A stretch of DNA of 64,000 nucleotides from an uncultured virus (IMG/VR IMGVR_UViG_2924862757_000006) (IMGVR_UViG_2924862757_000006), one strand, 5' to 3'; shown: positions 27,134 to 37,786, numbered from the stretch's first letter. Numbers and translations are program-made. The notes: generated by a model not told the origin, from the sequence alone.

Positions 27134-27549
27134 TGATGACAGCAAAAGAATTAAGTAAGTTAATCACTACTGGCAGAAAACTGAAAAAGTTTATTAAAGA
27201 AACTCTCCCTAAAATCAGAGAAGAGTTTCAAAGCCATAGCAATAGTGGAATAGATAAGCATACAGATGGATTTGGCAGAAGGGAGAGTATTCAGAGTATG
27301 AATATAAGTAATCTTTGTTATTCTTCTTTTTCTGGCAGTTATGGAAGTGGAGACACATATTCGGATATAGCAAATATGGATACTGATTTGATGCAGGAAT
27401 ACTTTATCAAATATCTGAATAGGCATAAGGATGAAATAATGGAGGGAGTAGCAGATTTAATGATAAATGATGCAAAATCAGGTCAAGAAGATGCTATTAA
27501 GGAAATAGACGAGTATAAAAAATCACTGCTAAAACTATTGGAGGAATAA
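27133..27549 (+). CDS. Hypothetical protein
   Basis: Coupled ORF. Confidence 0.65.
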   Translation: MMTAKELSKLITTGRKLKKFIKETLPKIREEFQSHSNSGIDKHTDGFGRRESIQSMNISNLCYSSFSGSYGSGDTYSDIANMDTDLMQEYFIKYLNRHKDEIMEGVADLMINDAKSGQEDAIKEIDEYKKSLLKLLEE

Positions 27550-27558
27550 AGAATAGAA

Positions 27559-27960
27559 ATGAAAGCAATAACAATAAAACAACCGTGGGCTTCTTTGATA
27601 GTCCACGGTATTAAAAACATTGAGAACCGTACTTGGTCGTGTCCTAAGAAATACTTAGGACAGAGGGTACTGATTCATTCAAGCGGTAAACCTTTGAATT
27701 ACGATAATTTCTATGATTCAATACTTACCAATGAGCAGTTATTGGCATTACCGGAAAACAAAGAGTGGAAAGATTTTAGTTTTTGTACAGGCTCCATTAT
27801 CGGTAGCATTGAGATAGTGGATTGTGTACAGAATCATTCTTCCATCTGGGCTGAAAAAGAAGTTTATAACTGGGTATTAGCTAATCCAATACTTTTTGAA
27901 AGTCCTATTGAGAATGTAAAAGGTAGACTTTCTTTTTGGGATTATCTTGGTATCAAATAA
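27559..27960 (+). CDS. ASCH domain protein
   Basis: MKAITIKQPWASLIVHGIKNIENRTW. Confidence 0.9.
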   Translation: MKAITIKQPWASLIVHGIKNIENRTWSCPKKYLGQRVLIHSSGKPLNYDNFYDSILTNEQLLALPENKEWKDFSFCTGSIIGSIEIVDCVQNHSSIWAEKEVYNWVLANPILFESPIENVKGRLSFWDYLGIK

Positions 27961-28074
27961 GTAGAAATTGAACGTTCTGAATGCGGAAGTATAGAGAAAA
28001 CTGTTGAATAATACAACCACTCTTTTCCCTATATTCTTGTACAGTTACAATAAATATAATAATTGGGTATATAA

Positions 28075-29088
28075 TCATTTGTTTGTAGAATCAGCTATAA
28101 ATTCATGAAAAAGAGAGTTAATAGTCTGAATTACGATTTCTTTTTCTGTATCATATCCAGATATAGGAAGTTCGAGGGCAATAATGTTATTGAATATATC
28201 AAATTTCTTTAATAAAGAAATTGTTTTGAGAGTTGATTGCGAGCTCATTGAATTGAATAGTATGACTGTTAACTCATCTGAGGATAATTGTGCTCTAAAT
28301 ATTTTAGAATAGTCATTGGGGTATTTAAAATTTTGGATTGAATCCAACAGATAATATATGTTTCTATGGTATTGCCCTAAATATTGTCCATATTGCCCAT
28401 ATAAATAATCTCCGACATTTCTTATGAACTTATAGAGCTGTTGGTATCTTTTTTCTATACAAATCCTATTACAGATTGATGCAACAATTATACGATACAT
28501 TTCATGAATTTTGCTTGACATTATTATGCCTTTTATTTCGTATATAGTATCGTAATAATATTTGGGATCCCTACTTTTTAATAATACATTTAATTCTGTA
28601 GTTGAATGAACTCCAAACTTAGTATAAATCTCCAGAAATGCTTGCTCGTCTAACTTACTGACTTGTGTTAATTCTGATGGAAATTTTTCTCCATCTTTTA
28701 TAAAATGATATATTACATAAGCATAGAATAATGAACGCGCTTCATGTGCGTATGCTTTGAATGCTTCAATTCCTGTTTTCTCAATTTGGTGTTCAGTATA
28801 TTTGTTGGTGTCGACTTGATGCTGATATAATCCCAACAAATTATAAAATGTTGACCTTTCATTATCAATTTGTCTATTTATTTGTGAGTCTTTTATTGTA
28901 TAAAGTACTCCAATGAAAGCAAGTAATCCTGTAATTGAACCTAAATAACTGCCGAAATCAGCAAAATCATTATGATTATAGGACAGTCCGTGATGAAATC
29001 TATATACATATACTAATATTAATATTAGAGTAAATATGGCTGTTGCAATTAATGCGTATTTGATTATATCTATTTGCGGTCTTTTCAT
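28075..29088 (-). CDS. Putative phage abortive-infection (AbiC-like) membrane protein
   Basis: N-terminal TMs with FGSYLG; C-terminal YSKIFRAQLSSDELTVILFN; own -7 TACATTTG at 29118-29125 (minus); AT-rich and reverse-oriented. Confidence 0.72.
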   Translation of the reverse strand: MKRPQIDIIKYALIATAIFTLILILVYVYRFHHGLSYNHNDFADFGSYLGSITGLLAFIGVLYTIKDSQINRQIDNERSTFYNLLGLYQHQVDTNKYTEHQIEKTGIEAFKAYAHEARSLFYAYVIYHFIKDGEKFPSELTQVSKLDEQAFLEIYTKFGVHSTTELNVLLKSRDPKYYYDTIYEIKGIIMSSKIHEMYRIIVASICNRICIEKRYQQLYKFIRNVGDYLYGQYGQYLGQYHRNIYYLLDSIQNFKYPNDYSKIFRAQLSSDELTVILFNSMSSQSTLKTISLLKKFDIFNNIIALELPISGYDTEKEIVIQTINSLFHEFIADSTNK

Positions 29089-29221
29089 TTTATTTGATTT
29101 TATATTTTATACAGCTACAAATGTAGTGTATTCTATTTTGAAGTTAATGTTTTTTTGAGTTTTTTACTAACAATATGTTGAATTTGGATATACGAGAGTT
29201 TGATATATCCTTTATTTTTTT

Positions 29222-30016
29222 GTGATGATGAGAAGAATGATTGTAACCGGCAGTGAGGGGTTTATAGGAAAAGCCCTTTGCCGAGAATTAGTAAAAAGAG
29301 GTATTGAAGTCATAGGACTTGACCGAAAGTGCGGTACTGAAGCTACGAAAGTATGCGAGTATCTAAAGAATGAGGATATTGATTGTGTGTTCCATTTAGC
29401 GGCACAAACAAGCGTTTTTAATGGAAACCTGGAACAAATCAGGAAGGATAACATTGATACTTTCATGCGAGTAGCTAATGCTTGCAATCAAAATCATGTG
29501 AAGTTAGTATATGCTAGTTCGTCAACAGCGAATCCGGAGAATACCACTTCTATGTATGGAATAAGCAAGTATTTCGATGAACAGTATGCATCTATCTATT
29601 GTAAGGCTGCGACCGGGTGCCGGCTGCATAATGTATATGGACCTAATCCGCGAAAAAGAACTCTTCTCTGGTTCCTGATGGAAAAGGAAAACGTGTCATT
29701 ATACAACTGTGGTCAGAATATCCGGTGCTTCACTTACATAGATGATGTCATTGAGGGGCTTATCTATTCGGTGGGTTGTAACCGGCAACTTATCAATATT
29801 TGTAACGTCCAACCTGTGACTACTATGTATTTTGCTTCTTTAGTAAAATACTACAAACCGTTTGAAATTGAGCTAATTAATGAAAAACGGGATTTTGACA
29901 ATTTAGAGCAGTCGGTGAACCGGGATATCTATTTAGTACCTTTGTCTTACACATCTGTCGAGGACGGAGTAAAGAAGATCTTTGATGAAAGGAAAGGGAA
30001 AGATATGTCGTATTGA
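29222..30016 (+). CDS. NAD-dependent epimerase/dehydratase
   Basis: TGSEGFIG, HLAA, ASSS, YGISK, RLHNVYGP. Confidence 0.92.
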   Translation: MMMRRMIVTGSEGFIGKALCRELVKRGIEVIGLDRKCGTEATKVCEYLKNEDIDCVFHLAAQTSVFNGNLEQIRKDNIDTFMRVANACNQNHVKLVYASSSTANPENTTSMYGISKYFDEQYASIYCKAATGCRLHNVYGPNPRKRTLLWFLMEKENVSLYNCGQNIRCFTYIDDVIEGLIYSVGCNRQLINICNVQPVTTMYFASLVKYYKPFEIELINEKRDFDNLEQSVNRDIYLVPLSYTSVEDGVKKIFDERKGKDMSY

Positions 30017-30548
30017 TGACTGGGATAAGCCGGAAGCGGTGAAATATAAGAGCTGGTCTCATCAGGAACGGTTATGTGATCTGAAAGAAAAGGTATCACT
30101 TCATAAAAAGGGTGATATCTATTACATCTCCCAGTTCACCCGTTCCAAGACTGGTACCAGCTTTTCAGAAATTAAACAGTCGGAGGAACTTGCATCATTC
30201 TTTGCAGAGAGAGCGTGTGAGTTTCTCCACCGCTTCATAGTAGGGGGATATGAAGGATGGTGTATAGTCACCACACCGCGACGGAGACACAACGAGGGCT
30301 TTCATTTTTCAACCTCTATCTGTACGAAAATTGCGGGGGCGGTGAAAATACCATTCTATGAGAATGCAATCCAGTGCCTAACTAAAGATAGATTGAATCC
30401 AGAATTCTTTCTTCTTCGTCCGATAAAGGAAAAGAAAATAATAGTGTATGATGACATATTAACAACTGGCAGCACACTGCTTGCCACCTATGAGCTTTTA
30501 AAGGATAGAGAGCAGCTTCTTTTTCTCGTAGGAATAAATAACAAATGA
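29982..30548 (+). CDS. Phosphoribosyltransferase-fold protein
   Basis: IIVYDDILTTGSTL PRPP-binding motif. Confidence 0.85.
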   Translation: MMKGKGKICRIDDWDKPEAVKYKSWSHQERLCDLKEKVSLHKKGDIYYISQFTRSKTGTSFSEIKQSEELASFFAERACEFLHRFIVGGYEGWCIVTTPRRRHNEGFHFSTSICTKIAGAVKIPFYENAIQCLTKDRLNPEFFLLRPIKEKKIIVYDDILTTGSTLLATYELLKDREQLLFLVGINNK

Positions 30549-30549
30549 T

Positions 30550-31095
30550 ATGGGAAAGCAAGAGAAACCATTAACATTCAAGCAAGAGAAATTCTGTAAA
30601 TACTACGTTGATACAGAAGGTAATGCTAGTGAAGCATATAGGATGTCTTATGATGCGTCAAAGATGAAACCTGAAACGATTTGGAGTGCTGCTAGCAGAT
30701 TGTTAGCCAATAGCAAGGTTAGTGCAAGGATAAGTGAGATTAAGCAACAGAGGGCGAAAGAGACTGAAGTAGAGAGGAAAACGGTCGAGAAGGTATTAAT
30801 GGATATTGTACTCGCTGATCCCGATGATTTACATTATGTAGACCCTGTTACCGGGAAAACAAAGATGAGAAGTCCGTCCCAACTTCCAAAGCGCGCCCGT
30901 AATGCGTTGAAGAAGATTCAGAATAATAGAGGAGTGGTTAATTATGAGTTCAACGGCAAGACAGAAGCCGCCCGGATTCTTGGTGCCTGGAATGGATGGG
31001 AAGCCGATAAGAATGTCAACATCAAAGGTGGAGACGGAAATAAAGTCGGTGAACTTCGTATCGGATTTGAAGATAATGAGAATTCGGAAGAATAG
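30550..31095 (+). CDS. Terminase small subunit
   Basis: LTFKQEKFC...NASEAYR...ASRLL; precedes the large subunit. Confidence 0.9.
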   Translation: MGKQEKPLTFKQEKFCKYYVDTEGNASEAYRMSYDASKMKPETIWSAASRLLANSKVSARISEIKQQRAKETEVERKTVEKVLMDIVLADPDDLHYVDPVTGKTKMRSPSQLPKRARNALKKIQNNRGVVNYEFNGKTEAARILGAWNGWEADKNVNIKGGDGNKVGELRIGFEDNENSEE

Positions 31096-31156
31096 AACAA
31101 TTTGAACTGCAAAATCCGGTATTCATCCTACGGAGAAACCTTACTTTTAGAACAAT

Positions 31157-33172
31157 ATGGTTATAAATTATAAGAAGCTAAATCCTAACGGATTCTATCT
31201 ATTGAAGTACTTGAATGATGAGACTATCCGTTTTATCATTCTCTATGGAGGTTCATCTTCCGGTAAGTCGTATAGTGTGGCACAAACAATACTGATACAG
31301 ACATTACAGGATGGTGAGAACACTCTTGTCATGCGTAAGGTAGGAGCTTCTATTCTCAAAACCATTTATGAAGATTATAAGGTCGCTGCGATCGGTCTTG
31401 GCATCTCCCATTTGTTCAAATTTCAACAGAATACTATTAAATGTCTGGTAAATGGTGCGAAGATAGATTTCTCCGGTCTTGACGATCCGGAGAAGATAAA
31501 AGGTATCTCTAACTATAAGCGAGTTCAGTTAGAGGAATGGTCAGAGTTCGAGCATCCGGATTTCAAGCAGCTACGTAAACGTTTGCGTGGTAAGAAAGGG
31601 CAGCAGATTATTTGTACCTTTAACCCGATCAGTGAAAGCCATTGGATAAAGAAAGAGTTTATTGATAAAGATAAATGGCATGATGTACCGATGACGGTTA
31701 CCATTGCCGGCAAAGAGTTGCCGAAAGAACTTACCAAGGTCAAATCCGTAAAGAAGAATGCACCCAGGCAAATACTTAATCTTCGTACTAAGCAAATCGA
31801 GGAACAGGCACCTAATACAGTTATTATCCAATCTACCTATCTGAATAATTTTTGGGTAGTTGGTAGTCCTGATGGCACATACGGTTTTTATGATGAGCAA
31901 TGTGTTGCCGACTTTGAATATGATAGAGTTCACGACCCGGATTATTATAATGTGTACGCATTGGGAGAATGGGGTGTCATTCGTACCGGTAGTGAGTTCT
32001 TCGGTTCCTTCAATCGTGGCAAACATTCCGGTGAGCATAAGTATGTTCCGGACTTACCTATTCATATCTCTGTCGATAACAACGTGCTTCCGTATATCAG
32101 CGTATCATATTGGCAGGTTGATTTCACAACTGGTACCAAGGTTTGGCAATTCCATGAAACGTGCGCTGAAAGCCCCAACAATACTGTAAAGAAAGCTTCC
32201 AAACTTGTTGCAAAGTATCTGAAATCTATCCAATATTCTGATAGGTTATATGTACATGGTGATGCTTCAACGAAAGCGGCAAACAGCATTGACGATGAGA
32301 AGCGTTCCTGGATGGACTTATTCATAGACACATTACAGAAAGAAGGGTTTGAGATTGAGGATAAGGTAGGCAACAAGAATCCGAGTGTTGCAATGACCGG
32401 TGAGTTTATTAATGCCATTTTTGATTGTACTGTTCCCGGTATAGAGATATACATTGACGAATCATGTTCGGTATCTATTGAGGACTACATGAGCGTACAG
32501 AAAGATGCTAACGGTGCCATTCTTAAAACTAAGGTCAAGAATAAAACTACCTTGCAGACTTATGAGGAGCACGGGCACCTGTCTGATACGTTCCGATATG
32601 TCGTTGTGGATTTGTGTAGTGAGCAGTATATAGAGTTTAGTAACCGGCGAAAAAGAAACTTGTATGCTTGTAATGGCACTATTAATTTCTTCAATCCAGA
32701 TACCGAATGTAAATACACTAAGAAGATTCTATATGTGATGCCGAATGTTAATGGGAAATTTGTCCTTATACAAGCGTTTAGATGTGGAAATAAATGGCAT
32801 GTTGTTGATGTCGTATTTATGGATACTACTTCAACAGAAGATATACGTTCTTCTATTTTGTCCCATGAATCTGATTCATGTGTAATTGAATGTACAGATG
32901 CTTATTTCCCTTTTATCCGGGAACTCCGTTCTAGTACAAACAAGGAGATTCGTGTAATGAAAGAGTTTCCAGATGTAGACAAGCGTATTGCTGCAACATC
33001 TGATTATGTGAAAAATAGTATTCTTTTTTCTGCATCAAAAGTAGAATCTGATACGGAATATGTTGCCTTCATGAATAACCTGATGGACTATAATAAAGAT
33101 AGTGAAACAAAAGAGGCCAGTGCTGTTTTGAGTGGGCTAGTACAGTTCGTTGTAAAATTAGGTTTGAATTGA
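31157..33172 (+). CDS. Terminase large subunit (PBSX-type) with C-terminal extension
   Basis: GGSSSGKS, GLDDPEKIK, LEE, TFNP, HLSDTFRY. Confidence 0.93.
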   Translation: MVINYKKLNPNGFYLLKYLNDETIRFIILYGGSSSGKSYSVAQTILIQTLQDGENTLVMRKVGASILKTIYEDYKVAAIGLGISHLFKFQQNTIKCLVNGAKIDFSGLDDPEKIKGISNYKRVQLEEWSEFEHPDFKQLRKRLRGKKGQQIICTFNPISESHWIKKEFIDKDKWHDVPMTVTIAGKELPKELTKVKSVKKNAPRQILNLRTKQIEEQAPNTVIIQSTYLNNFWVVGSPDGTYGFYDEQCVADFEYDRVHDPDYYNVYALGEWGVIRTGSEFFGSFNRGKHSGEHKYVPDLPIHISVDNNVLPYISVSYWQVDFTTGTKVWQFHETCAESPNNTVKKASKLVAKYLKSIQYSDRLYVHGDASTKAANSIDDEKRSWMDLFIDTLQKEGFEIEDKVGNKNPSVAMTGEFINAIFDCTVPGIEIYIDESCSVSIEDYMSVQKDANGAILKTKVKNKTTLQTYEEHGHLSDTFRYVVVDLCSEQYIEFSNRRKRNLYACNGTINFFNPDTECKYTKKILYVMPNVNGKFVLIQAFRCGNKWHVVDVVFMDTTSTEDIRSSILSHESDSCVIECTDAYFPFIRELRSSTNKEIRVMKEFPDVDKRIAATSDYVKNSILFSASKVESDTEYVAFMNNLMDYNKDSETKEASAVLSGLVQFVVKLGLN

Positions 33173-33231
33173 ATTACGTTATATGTGATTGAAAATAAGG
33201 ATGTTATATTGTTGGTATTATGTTTTCGTAA

Positions 33232-33282
33232 TTTCAAGATTTTAGTGTTTTGGAAAACGGTTTTCCTTTTTACTTAGTTTTG
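33232..33282 (+). promoter_or_regulatory. Late-promoter motif upstream of portal
   Basis: TTTCAAGATTTT box, GGAAAAC, -7 TAGTTTTG 35 nt after CAAGA. Confidence 0.65.
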
Positions 33283-33298
33283 CTCAAAAAGGAACCCA

Positions 33299-34744
33299 AT
33301 GAATATTTTTTTTGATAATCTATTTGGAAAGAAATCTAAGACTAAAGGTGAAGTTGAAATAGTTACTTCATCTGAAAATAAGGATATAGATACTCAAAGT
33401 GGCAAGGCTGAAAAATGGTCAGTTGCATACATTGAGGACCTTACTAGTCCTATTGTAGCGGGCAGTAACTATCTAACGCTATTCAGTACGATACCTGAAG
33501 TCTTTTTCCCGATCGATTATATTGCATCGCGAATTGCAGGTGCTAATTTTCAATTGAAGAAAACTAAGGATGACAGTATAGTATGGGCGAATAAACGAAT
33601 GAATGGCATACTTAGTCGTCCTAATTGTTTGATGCGTTGGAAAGAATTGATTTATCAGCACCATATTTATAAATTGTGTACAGGGAATAGCTTTATTCGT
33701 GCCGCTATGCCTGATGTCTTTTCTACAGCTGAAAAATGGAGATATTGCGATAATTATTGGGTGCTACCTTCTGATAAGACTATTGTAGAACCTGTTTATG
33801 GGAATATGCCATTGTTTGGTATTGCCCAAACAGAAGATATTATTCGTAGCTATCGTTTGGAGTATGGTTGGAATGGTAGTTTGGAAATTCCTCCATACCA
33901 AATATGGCATGATAGAGACGGAAGTGCAGAGTTCTATTCAGGGGCTATGTTCTTGAAGTCCAAAAGTCGTCTTGCTTCCCAAAATAAGCCAATGTCAAAT
34001 CTAATAGCTGTATATGAAGCTAGAAATGTGATTTATGTAAAGCGGGGTGGATTGGGCTTTATTGTAAGTAAGAAAACTGATGCTACCGGTTCAATAGCGT
34101 TGACTGACGATGAAAAGGAACAGCTTTTGAAGCAAAATTTTGAGAAGTATGGTGTAAGGAAGGGCCAGGTACCTTATGGTATTTCAGATGCAGACATTGA
34201 CTTTGTTCGTACTAATCTTTCTATTGCAGAGTTACAGCCGTTTGAAGAGACTTTGGCTGATGCAATAAATATTGCAGGGGCATACGGCATCCCTGCCGTT
34301 CTTGTTCCGCGAAAAGACCAGTCCACATTTAGCAATCAGGCTACTGCTGAAAAGAGCGTATATTGTTCAACTGTTATTCCTATGGCCAAACAATTCTGCA
34401 AGGATTTTACAGCTTTCCTTGGTCTTGAAGGAGGGGGATATTATTTGGATTGTGATTTCTCTGATGTTGATTGTTTGCAGGAAGGATTGAAAGAATCCGA
34501 GGACGTAAAGACAAATATAAATAAACGTTGTCGTGAACAATTCTCATGTGGGCTTATAACACTCAATGACTGGCGTGCCCAAATAGGCGAAAGTATGATA
34601 GAAAATCCCTTGTTTGACAAATTGAAATTTGATATGTCAGATGAGGAACTGGATAAAGTAAATCGAGTTTTTAACACTAAAAGTGGAGATGAAAAAGATG
34701 GAAGAGAAAATCAAAAGCCTTCAGTACAAGACAAAGGCAAATGA
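33299..34744 (+). CDS. Portal protein (HK97 family)
   Basis: PN...GNSF, IAGAYGIP, TFSNQ, ITLNDWR motifs; position. Confidence 0.9.
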   Translation: MNIFFDNLFGKKSKTKGEVEIVTSSENKDIDTQSGKAEKWSVAYIEDLTSPIVAGSNYLTLFSTIPEVFFPIDYIASRIAGANFQLKKTKDDSIVWANKRMNGILSRPNCLMRWKELIYQHHIYKLCTGNSFIRAAMPDVFSTAEKWRYCDNYWVLPSDKTIVEPVYGNMPLFGIAQTEDIIRSYRLEYGWNGSLEIPPYQIWHDRDGSAEFYSGAMFLKSKSRLASQNKPMSNLIAVYEARNVIYVKRGGLGFIVSKKTDATGSIALTDDEKEQLLKQNFEKYGVRKGQVPYGISDADIDFVRTNLSIAELQPFEETLADAINIAGAYGIPAVLVPRKDQSTFSNQATAEKSVYCSTVIPMAKQFCKDFTAFLGLEGGGYYLDCDFSDVDCLQEGLKESEDVKTNINKRCREQFSCGLITLNDWRAQIGESMIENPLFDKLKFDMSDEELDKVNRVFNTKSGDEKDGRENQKPSVQDKGK

Positions 34745-35759
34745 TGTTGATGAGAAGGGTATCGTTACCGTTGCGGTGAACGGTATCGGTGTGAAGGACT
34801 CACAAAATGACATATCTATGCCCGGCTCATTCAATAAAACATTGAAGGAAAATATTGGTCGGATGCGTTGGTTCCTGAATCATCGTACAGACCAGTTGTT
34901 AGGTGTTCCGTTGAGTGGTAAGGAAACAGAAGGTAATTTGGTTATGGTCGGTCAGTTAAATCTTGAAAAACAGATTGGCCGTGATACGTTAGCTGATTAT
35001 AAACTGTTTGCAGAGAATGGCAGAACGCTTGAACATTCTATTGGGGTCAAGGCCATTAAAAGAGATTCTGTTGATCCCTGTAAAGTGCTTGAATGGCGTA
35101 TGATGGAATATTCAACATTGACAAGTTGGGGGAGTAATCCCCAGACTTTCCTTGTGAATATTAAGTCTGCTACTGCCGACCAGGTAAAGGAGGCTGTTGA
35201 TTTCGTTCGTAAAGCGCTCTTGCAGCATGGATATAGTGATGAACGTTTAAAAGGATACGATATGGAATTAAGTTTATTACTGAAGAGCCTCAACGGTGGT
35301 GCCGTTGTCTCATGTCCTCATTGTGGTCATCAATTTGATTATGATGCAGAAACGGAGCATACCTTTGCCCAGCAGGTATTGGACTATGCTGCTGATTATC
35401 AGAGATGGATAACACAGGACATTGTAAGGGAAGAAATGGAGAAGCTCACTCCGGAGATTAGAACCCAAGTAATTTCTCTTATTGATTCTGTCAAATCAGA
35501 AAAGAAAGAATTTACTCAAAAGGGTCTACAAGACCTTATGAATTATGTAAGATGTCCCCACTGTTGGGGAAAAGTATATCGTTCGAATGCTATTCTGCAA
35601 AACACTTCTGAAGATACCACCGGAAAAAATGAGCCGTCTGTTGACACTCAAGAAAAGAATGACGGGGAAAATGGGAACGATGAAGTAACGATTAAAGCCG
35701 CTGATAATGGCACTTTACTCGATTTCAAGAGTTTGAATAGCTGTTTCGAGAATAAATAA
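34698..35759 (+). CDS. Prohead protease with C-terminal Cys-rich extension
   Basis: DSQNDI..GSF, LNH, HSIG, EYS...GSNP; two CPHC motifs. Confidence 0.88.
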   Translation: MEEKIKSLQYKTKANDVDEKGIVTVAVNGIGVKDSQNDISMPGSFNKTLKENIGRMRWFLNHRTDQLLGVPLSGKETEGNLVMVGQLNLEKQIGRDTLADYKLFAENGRTLEHSIGVKAIKRDSVDPCKVLEWRMMEYSTLTSWGSNPQTFLVNIKSATADQVKEAVDFVRKALLQHGYSDERLKGYDMELSLLLKSLNGGAVVSCPHCGHQFDYDAETEHTFAQQVLDYAADYQRWITQDIVREEMEKLTPEIRTQVISLIDSVKSEKKEFTQKGLQDLMNYVRCPHCWGKVYRSNAILQNTSEDTTGKNEPSVDTQEKNDGENGNDEVTIKAADNGTLLDFKSLNSCFENK

Positions 35760-35776
35760 CTTAAAATTTAAATTTT

Positions 35777-37351
35777 ATGCCTAAAAAATTTACAGTATCA
35801 GATTTTAATCTGAAAACAGACGGTCTGCCGGCAGAACAGAAAACTTTCATGGAAAACATCGTCGGTATGATGTGTGAAGTAGTTAACAAGTCACTTGAAG
35901 GATTTGCCTCACCGGAGGAGGTAACGAGACAGTTTGGTGACATCAATAATCTATTGAAAGCCTATGATGGAGAAAAGTTCCAGCAATTGGTAAAGGACAA
36001 CGAGCAACTTGTAGAACAAGTTAAAACTCTTGGTGAAAGTATCGAGAAAATGAAGCAGAAAGGTCTTTCTATGGATACTATCAACAAGTTCGACGAGAAA
36101 TTGAACGAGATGCTTGATTCTGAAAAATTCAGAGATTTCGCAGAAGGAAAAACACGTAAATCAGGAGAATTTGACGGCTTCTCCTTGAAAGATGTCGTTT
36201 CCATGACTGACAATTACACCGGTGATTTGTTGATTACTCAACAACAGAAACGTGTTGTGACTCAGGTTGCCAACAAAAAGTTGCATATGCGTGATGTATT
36301 AACGACGCTGACAGCTGATCCTGCATATCCTCAACTCGCCTATGCGCAAGTATATGCTTTCAACCGCAATGCCCGTTTTGTAACAGAGAACGGTCGTTTA
36401 CCGGAATCAAGTATCAAGGTAAAAGAGATACAGACAGGAACTAAGCGCCTTGGTACTCATATTCGTATCTCAAAACGTATGTTGAAATCAAGAGTGTACA
36501 TTCGTTCCTACATCTTGAACATGCTTCCTGAAGCTGTTTGGATGGCAGAAGACTGGAACATTTTGTTTGGTGACGGTAATGGTGAGAATTTGCTTGGTAT
36601 TATTAATAATACTGGGGTGACTTCTGTAGAGAAGATTATCAGTACAGCCATTGTTACAGGTGCCGCCGGTGCTGTAAAAGCTATTACCGGATATAACGGT
36701 GATAAGGATGTGATTGTAGAGTTTGCAGAACCACAGGATTTGATTCTTGATGGAATGAGTATCACGTTCGCTGGTGCCGCTGTTCTTACAGAACTGAACA
36801 AAACACACGCTCTTGTGAAAATGGAAGATGGTCGTATCCTTATTCCTGGTGTCGCGTTCTCCGGTGCTGAAACGGCTACGGATAAAATGACATTCAGTGT
36901 TCATGAGGCCGGCTTTAAGAACATTGAGGAACCCAACTCTGAAGATGTAGTGAAAACAGCTTTCGCCGCAATGACATATGCCCAGTATTTTCCGAATGCT
37001 ATTATTCTTAATCCAATGACTGTTAACGGTATGGAATCAGAGAAAGATACGACAGGACGTAATCTTGGTATCGTTAAAATGGTTGATGGGGTGAAATATA
37101 TTGCCGGTCGTCCGATTATCGAGTATGGTGGTATTCTTCCAGGTAAGTATCTTTTGGGTGACTTCAACCAAGCCGCAAATTTGGTTGATTATACCACTTT
37201 GACACTTGAATGGGCTGAAGATGTGGAGACCAAGCTTTGCAACGAGGTTGTATTGATGGCACAAGAAGAAGTTATCTTCCCGATTTATATGCCGTGGGCT
37301 TTCGCTTATGGGGATTTGGCCGCATTGAAGACTGCAATAACTAAAGCGTAG
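35777..37351 (+). CDS. Major capsid protein (HK97 fold)
   Basis: Delta-like N-terminus, ILFGDG, ILNP, GRPII, LLGDF. Confidence 0.9.
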   Translation: MPKKFTVSDFNLKTDGLPAEQKTFMENIVGMMCEVVNKSLEGFASPEEVTRQFGDINNLLKAYDGEKFQQLVKDNEQLVEQVKTLGESIEKMKQKGLSMDTINKFDEKLNEMLDSEKFRDFAEGKTRKSGEFDGFSLKDVVSMTDNYTGDLLITQQQKRVVTQVANKKLHMRDVLTTLTADPAYPQLAYAQVYAFNRNARFVTENGRLPESSIKVKEIQTGTKRLGTHIRISKRMLKSRVYIRSYILNMLPEAVWMAEDWNILFGDGNGENLLGIINNTGVTSVEKIISTAIVTGAAGAVKAITGYNGDKDVIVEFAEPQDLILDGMSITFAGAAVLTELNKTHALVKMEDGRILIPGVAFSGAETATDKMTFSVHEAGFKNIEEPNSEDVVKTAFAAMTYAQYFPNAIILNPMTVNGMESEKDTTGRNLGIVKMVDGVKYIAGRPIIEYGGILPGKYLLGDFNQAANLVDYTTLTLEWAEDVETKLCNEVVLMAQEEVIFPIYMPWAFAYGDLAALKTAITKA

Positions 37352-37355
37352 GATT

Positions 37356-37778
37356 ATGGATTACATACTTAGAGGTAACGATAAGGATGTAACCAATGTG
37401 CTTAAAGAGCAACGCATTCGGATTAATAGAGGGATGATTCAACTCATCCCTATTTCCGAATGTGGTCTTGTTACAGAAGAAGATGCCCGAAAGACATTGG
37501 AATGTATGCTTGCAGAGAAAAATGAAGAGATTGGCAGGCTTACTGCATCCATTGCAGAGAAAGATAAGACAATTGTTGAACTGACAGAAGAGCGTGAAAC
37601 AATGAAAGCTCGCATTGCAGAACTTGAAGTACAGGTGCCTTCTGATGAAAAGAATCTTCCGGTTGCCGATTCAAAAGATTTGCAAGAGGAAGATGCCAAG
37701 GAGGTAACTGTTACAGATGATAAAGCCGTTTCCGTGGAAGATGAAAAGAAAACCGGGAAAGGCAAGACTTCTAAATAA
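37356..37778 (+). CDS. Head-region coiled-coil protein
   Basis: Follows the capsid gene. Confidence 0.65.
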   Translation: MDYILRGNDKDVTNVLKEQRIRINRGMIQLIPISECGLVTEEDARKTLECMLAEKNEEIGRLTASIAEKDKTIVELTEERETMKARIAELEVQVPSDEKNLPVADSKDLQEEDAKEVTVTDDKAVSVEDEKKTGKGKTSK

Positions 37779-37786
37779 CTATCGCT

